Part shown: positions 57,701-64,000 of the stretch, one piece after another
Layout of the letters: the number at the start of each line of letters is the position of its first letter
Numbering within the stretch: the first letter of the stretch is position 1
Origin: Octopus bimaculoides
Taxonomy: Eukaryota
Assembly (NCBI RefSeq): GCF_001194135.2
Contig: NC_068989.1
Coordinates: forward strand, 88,786,252-88,850,251
Reading direction: 5' to 3'
Length of the DNA stretch: 64,000 nt
Notes under the pieces: generated by a model
The model's input: only the letters and a program-made list of their open reading frames with translations
Database searches by the model: none
What the model was told of the DNA's origin: nothing
Position numbers and translations under genes: made by a program

Positions 57701-58621
57701 TTTTTTCATGCTTCATTTCCTCCTTGTTTTTTCAGAGTAATTTCACATATTTGATTTTTTTAATTTCCTTGTTTGCACCTGTTGTAAACAAGGAAATATG
57801 TTTACTGGAGGCAAATGTATATCATTATATTGCAGTAGCTTTTCTAACATTTTATTTCTCTTTGTTGTCATTTACTTAAATATATAATTTCATTAGTCAA
57901 ATAATTTAAATTCTAACAAATCTGTGTCCAATAAAAAATACGCTATCACTCTTTTATTGAGTGTAGGTGGAATTATTTTGTTTTTTGAAAAGCAAAAATA
58001 TTTTGTGTTGCTCTATAGGTGAGGTGTATATGTTTTAGCTGGCAGACTTGTTTCTTTTTATCCTTTCAATCTGTTTTTAGCTATAAAACTAGCTTTAACT
58101 GGAATGATTCAAGGCATTTAACAGCTTTTAGTTGTAGGTGTGAATCAGGCAGCTAGCACAACTCACACTGTTCTTACAAATGCCTCACTATTCTAATCTT
58201 CCTCCACAGATAAGGATTCTATTTCAGTATTTTGGTGTGGCAACCAGTCACTTCAGGACTGCTTAAACTATTTTCCTATATGGGATTCTTTTAAAAAGTG
58301 GGATGCTATTGTTTCGTTTAAAACTTAGGGATCATTCAGATAAGTGGTAAGTAGGTATTTGCCGTTAATATTCTTCGTTCCTTAACACTACTTCACCTGG
58401 CTTGCCTTCTTCCAATTCTCTTTTTCTTTCTTTTTTTCTCTCTCTCTGTCCTTGACTGGTTTGGCTCTTTATAGTGAGTGTTTATACTTCTGCTGGTGGG
58501 TAAACCTCACTGGAATGTTGGAGCTTCCCATTAATGGTTGGTTGTTGCCCTTATTAGTATGATTCTAGCAGACTTCTAAATTAGTCATCTTTTTTCTCTC
58601 TCTCTTTCTTTNNNNNNNNNN

Positions 58622-58662
<41 letters not shown>

Positions 58663-61077
58663 AACAGCTGTTGTTTCCTGCTTGGGGTGATGAAGATTTT
58701 TCTTCTAATAAAAAAACATTTTAATTCACGTACTCTCCATATTGAATGTTATCTGTTGCGTTAGAATAAGCTGATGCAGCATCTCTTGATTTCGTTTTGT
58801 TCTGTTCTGCAGTTTCTTCTTGGGTTATGTTTATTAACCGAGCATTCATTTCCCCCAATCTGACATTTTACTAATCTCTCGATTTTACTGTCATTATTTC
58901 GTTTTTATTTCTTTCTTCTCTGTGCCTAATATCTCATTGTTTCCCTTTTGTTTGTTCTGTTGGTTTGTGCCAGCAATTTCTGGCTTCCGAACTGCTTAAT
59001 GTTGCAGAATTTTGAATTATTGCTATTTGTATAGGGATCTTTTATTTGCAAGGAGCAGTGTTACCTCTTTATAAAGGAAATGTACCAGAACTAAACTTAA
59101 AACTTTTTTTTATTGGTTTACTAGAGTAGTGTAACTGAAATTATAATAAAATTAATACAGAAAACTAAAAAAAAATTAAGTTATAAGCTTCATAATTAGT
59201 TACCAATTTCCGTACTTATATTAAAAATATAGCAAAGCTATTTATTAGTTTCTATCTTTGAAGTGAAGAGGTTGTTTTGACATTTTTGTTCATTACTCAG
59301 GTCAAATTTTATTTACTGTCCTTTTTTTTTAATATTGGTAAACCAGTATATACTATTTCAAATGCAGTTTAAGTACTCCTCCAGGTACTTATTTTCTTAT
59401 TGCTGGTTTTCTAATATGAAAATTTGTTGTATAAATTGTTTTATCTAATTGGAATATCAATGAATGAATAAGCAGTTGGAATGTTGTTGTTGACTACTTC
59501 TTTCTCCATACAAAAACTTTGTATTTTAATAGATGTGACATTGAAGATCATATAAAAAGCATTGTAGCAATATATTCCATAAAATACACAAATTCCCACA
59601 ATGTTTTATTTCTGTTCCATCAATTAGTATAGATATTGTTTCATTAATTTCAAGAAAACCTGTTTGCTAATTTTTTTTCGTTTTCTTGGTTTGATTTGAA
59701 GGCAACTGTACTCATAGTCCTCCTGGTCCCTCTGTTCGATATTTTGAATAATTAGAATAAAGTTGTTCACAACACAAACAAAAGAAAGCATTTATGCTGC
59801 ACACAAGTTTCTTGTTCATGCTTTGCTATAATGCCTAAAAGATACACAATTTCTCTAAATGACCAAATTGTTTTATAGACTAGCAACATCTGCAAAAGAT
59901 CCATTGACTACAGGTTTTTCCTCTCTGCAACTGAGGGTTTTTAAAATTTTTTTTTTTTTTCATGTTCCTCAAAAGTATCCAATCACTTTTACAAGTTGAT
60001 GATGGCAATTATAAGATTTAAAAAAATATTAGGTTTTTCATTGTATTATGGCTCTTGAAAAATTAGCATCAAGTTATGTAATGCTATCTATAGTTGTCTG
60101 ACCCCATTCTCATCCAGTGGTCGAACAACAGTAAAACATCAGATGGTAGTAACTCTCTCTGGAGCTGTACAATGAAAATAAGCAGTGTTCTCTATTTTTA
60201 ACTGCAGCCAGAAGCAAGTTTTCCCCAACTTATTTTATTCTCTCCTCCCACAGACTTGCTTAAACATGTATCATTGTCACTAAGTCTGCTTTTCATTAGT
60301 CTAATACAAGCTGCAAGTGTTCTTTAATCTTTCACTTATATGCACTACTAGACATGTCATTAGTTTTATTAAATCTAGCTTCTAATCTTTCTGATTTGCC
60401 CATAATTATAATCTTCACTATATTTATCACCTACTTAATTATTTGTACATTTTTCTCATTTCTTATTTGAAAAGTTTTCAAGAAATTTTTAATTTGGAAG
60501 TAATTGTCAGTAAAGATAAAAATTTCTATTGCTCTAAGACCAAAGTGAAGAGGAAATATTTTAATTTTTATAATAGATGCCCCATGTTCTTGCATGTCGT
60601 AAGAGATAGCTAAAAGGGCTGATTAAACAAGGGTATCTAACAGTGAAACCTGTTCAACTCCTGCCAACATTAAATATGAAATGCATCATGAGGATATACA
60701 TGTGTGTATGTAAGGAGACATAGTCATGGACACCTAATTTCCTTTTTTATAACCATGGAGAGATCTAAATTTCTTGCATGATTGAAAATCTAATTATTTA
60801 TTATGCAGCTAAGCAGATTGGAGTTATTTTAATCTAAATCTCATCCAGTGCTGACTTTTGGACTCTTATTTCGTTAAGCAGGATTAATTAGAAACTAGAA
60901 TTTAGAGACTGTTGGCTTCTGTTATTTTCTCATTTAAATTTCATTATGAACTTGTTCTACTTCTGGAATTATTACTGCTTTAATAGAACCTATTTGATAA
61001 ATGTATATTGGATAGGTTGAAAAATGAAACAGTACACAACTTCTTCAGTGGGTAATCTTTTCAAAGGGTGATATTTA

Positions 61078-61290
61078 AGGTGGCGAGCTGGCAGAAAGGT
61101 TAGCACACCGGGCAAAATGCTTAGCAGTATTTCATCTATCTTTGTTCTGAGTTCAAATTCCACCGAGGTCAACTTTGCCTTTCTTCCTTTCAGGGTTGAT
61201 AAATTAAGTACCAGTTACATACTGGGGTTGATCTGATCAACTGGTCCCCTCCCCAAAAATTTTGGGCCTTGTACCTAGAGTAGAAAAGGA
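61078..61290 (+). mobile_element. SINE family D
   Basis: Shares the head and the GAGTTCAAATTCC...GAGGTCAACTTTGCCTTT body with 22096-22330. Confidence 0.78.
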
Positions 61291-62812
61291 TATTTCTGTT
61301 AACACCCCCCAGGATTGGATTAGCTTCAGAATTGACAATGTTGATTTAGAGTAATCTTTAAAAGTAATACAATGAATATGGCTGTATAGTTAGATTGGTT
61401 TCTTGGCTATATGGTTTTGGGTTCAGTCCCAGTGTGTAGTACCTTAGCATCAAACTGACCAGAGTGGCTCTGATAAACTGAAAGATACCTTATTTTGACT
61501 TTGTGCATCAGAAAATAAGCTCCACCATCAAACAACTGGTGTCATTTCCAATCTTATATAAAAACATGTTTGGGGAAATATTACCTTGCTTGGAAATGTG
61601 TAAGGGTTTAATTCTTTATTGCCCGCTGGGGGCCAACAGAGAGGGGACAATACAAAAACACAGGTCTATAAAAACGTATGAATTTTACATAAAGATTTTT
61701 AAATTTATGACAAACTTAATGCGTATGTTAGACAATAGAAAACAGCAGTGAGGGGGTTGGCTCCGACCCCACAAGCACTATTCCACCACTGAAACCTTTT
61801 AGTTTTCCTTCATGGTTTACACTTGCATACGGTCATTCATACTTAACATTTGTACTACACCCTTCCATCTTTTGTTATATATAACAGATGACAAACATCT
61901 CTTCTCCAGCTGTATTTTCCTTAAGATGGAAAATGAGGAAACTCACCAAACCCCGGCTGGAGATGAAGATGCTTGTTGTTACTGCTTTCATTCAGGCCTT
62001 CCATACTGCCTCTATCACCATAGCAATCACAACAAGAAAACAAACCTTTTCTTCCTTGTTAAAGGAAGACAGTGGAGCAATCTTTGATTCAGGTGGCAGC
62101 TGTACTCTTCCCATACGAGACAGCAGCTATTTGACATTAGAAACAGGTAAAGGTTAGCAATAGGAAGGGCATACCACCATAGAAGATAAGCTTCAAATTC
62201 TGTCTGACCCATGCAAGCATGGAAAAGTAGGTATTAAAATGATTGTTGGCAAAAGTTTATTATTCAAGAGTTGTTGGATGATTGTATACATTTTAGAAAT
62301 AGACTTCTAATATTTTGAATACTGTCTTTAATAAAAATGACTGACTAGATTGCAATAACCCATAAATTTGTATTGGTAACTTACAATAAAACGCAGATTA
62401 CACATCTAGTCATCTAATGACATTCTACTGTGATAATTGTTTTTGTTTTTTGACATTTCTATCATTGGATAAAATATTACAAGAAAAAAATTTCATATTC
62501 TGTTGCATAGTTTAGGATTTCTTGTTAAACTTGTTTTAAGATAGACGATCTCAAGTCTGTTAGATTGTTTGACCTTTTCAGATAGGTATTTCAAGGAATT
62601 CTCTGAGGAATAAGAAATATGAGGCTCATCGAGCCACAACTTTGATTTCTTACAAACAATGGATTCTGCTTTTATAGAATTCCCCCCCNNNNNNNNNNAA
62701 TGCATATTTCCTTGAACTTTGTTACTAACTTCATGTAAAAACTAGTAAATGTTAAATTGTTTTGTCTTTTGCAGATTGACTGCTTGTTTGTTTTCAGCAG
62801 AGATCTCCTAAA

Positions 62813-62880
62813 ATGACTGTTGATTATTACAAAGTACTTGGTGTAAACAACAATGCCACTGATGCTGAAATAAAAAAAGC
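62813..62880 (+). CDS. DnaJ/Hsp40 class B (DNAJB6/DNAJB2-like), first coding exon MTVDYYKVLGVNNNATDAEIKK(A); gene continues beyond the window
   Basis: J-domain helix I/II start (DYY-VLGV...A...EIKKA). Phase-2 donor GC|GTAAGT sits where I recall the first coding intron of vertebrate DNAJB6. Upstream acceptors at 62774, 62797 and 62800. Subfamily assignment is tentative from only 23 aa. Confidence 0.88.
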
Positions 62881-64000
62881 GTAAGTATTTTTTTTTTCTC
62901 GGATTAACCTTAGTAAAAAAAATTTTTTAATGGTTTACATTCATGGTAGAATTTTTTTTACCGAAAGTGCATATCACTCAATTGTTTTCTGTAAAGCTAA
63001 CTTTACACATATACTGCGATTGCACGTGGCTAAGTGGTTAGGATGTTGGGCTCACAATCAGGAATTTGATTTTTCAGACCAGGCAATGTCTTTGAACAAA
63101 GTGCTTCATTTCACATTGATCCAATTTGGTCAACTGGAAATGAATACTGCTCTTATACTGGTGCAGCCTTCTTTCTTCCAACTGTCACTTGATGCTCCAT
63201 TATGTCAACAGGAGGGTACCTGTTTGACAATTACATAGGCACCTAAAATTTAGTAAATGCTTGGTACATGCTTCCTCACTTGCCAGCGACAGCTATGGTT
63301 GTGTGTGTATGTGTGTATAAAGGTACAGCTGTATAATTAAACAGTTCAAAATCATATGGTTTTGTTTCTATAGTCACAGGTTAGCTTTGAGTAAGATATG
63401 GTAGACAGAAACTATAAAGTACCTACAATATGTATCTTGTCTTGACATGCAAATTACTTGTGAAGTCACTGTCATAAAAGTAGTGCCATTTGTGTGCATC
63501 CTCCAATCATTTCCAGCTATTGAGCTGCTTGTTGTTTGAAGTATAACCTTGCTGGGAAGCAGTTATGGTTGACCTCAGCAAGTTTAGTCTGATTCGTGCA
63601 AGCATGGAAAAGCAGACGTTAAAAATGATAATGAGGATTGTGTTTGGTTTGAAGTCCTTTTCAGGTTCCTTGAGACCATTGTTCACCTTGATAGGAATGG
63701 CTGGGCAACATGTAATGGTGACAGTGTGGGATGGAAGGAGGTGAGACTAAATCAGAAATGCTGGAGTTCATGTGACACGAGTCGCCAGCTCTGATAAGCA
63801 AAGGCCACTATAATAGTTAATAGAAAAGTTGGACAACTTGTCTGTAAACTAGTGGTTGTAGTGATGGACTTTGACAGTTGGTTTGGTCAAGTGACCTTTC
63901 TTTGGATGGAACCTAGATTGTGTCCATGAAACATCAGCACGCTTTATAAAATTCTCTGATTAGTAATTGTGAGCCTCCTTGTCTTTACTGTAGCATTTAT

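Noticed and set aside
61888-62157. 89-aa ORF with acceptor and AG|GTAAAG donor just upstream of the DnaJ exon
   Set aside because: The donor lies at the start of a recurrent repeat, all joins to the DnaJ acceptors hit stops, and the peptide is unrecognisable.

Overview
Eukaryotic, AT-rich and repeat-dense genomic DNA, most likely an octopus or other coleoid cephalopod (inferred from the SINE/RTE repertoire, not from a database search). Most ORFs in the supplied track are spurious. (1) A complete CLP1 gene (RNA 5'-hydroxyl kinase) lies on the minus strand: 13 coding exons from 35852 to 7318, 1287 nt, 428 aa, all splice phases consistent. Its intron 3 is a U12-type AT-AC intron (19199-21137). 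(2) The first coding exon of a DNAJB6-like Hsp40 gene is on the plus strand (62813-62880), arranged head-to-head with CLP1. Candidate upstream non-coding exons and promoters lie at about 36.3-36.5 kb and about 39.0 kb (two heat-shock elements plus TATA). (3) Probable final exons of an unidentified plus-strand gene (4206-4398, 5637-5685) converge on the CLP1 3' end. The rest is tRNA-headed SINEs, RTE LINE fragments, hAT and mariner non-autonomous elements, microsatellites and four assembly gaps. The most striking unexplained structure is a TSD-bounded element at 17648-17993. It combines a Pol III tRNA-like head, a minimal Penelope-type hammerhead ribozyme and an inverted partial copy of itself. 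Also notable: a 61-nt mascRNA-like tRNA mimic (6814-6874) and a 634-bp fold-back palindrome (41502-42135).
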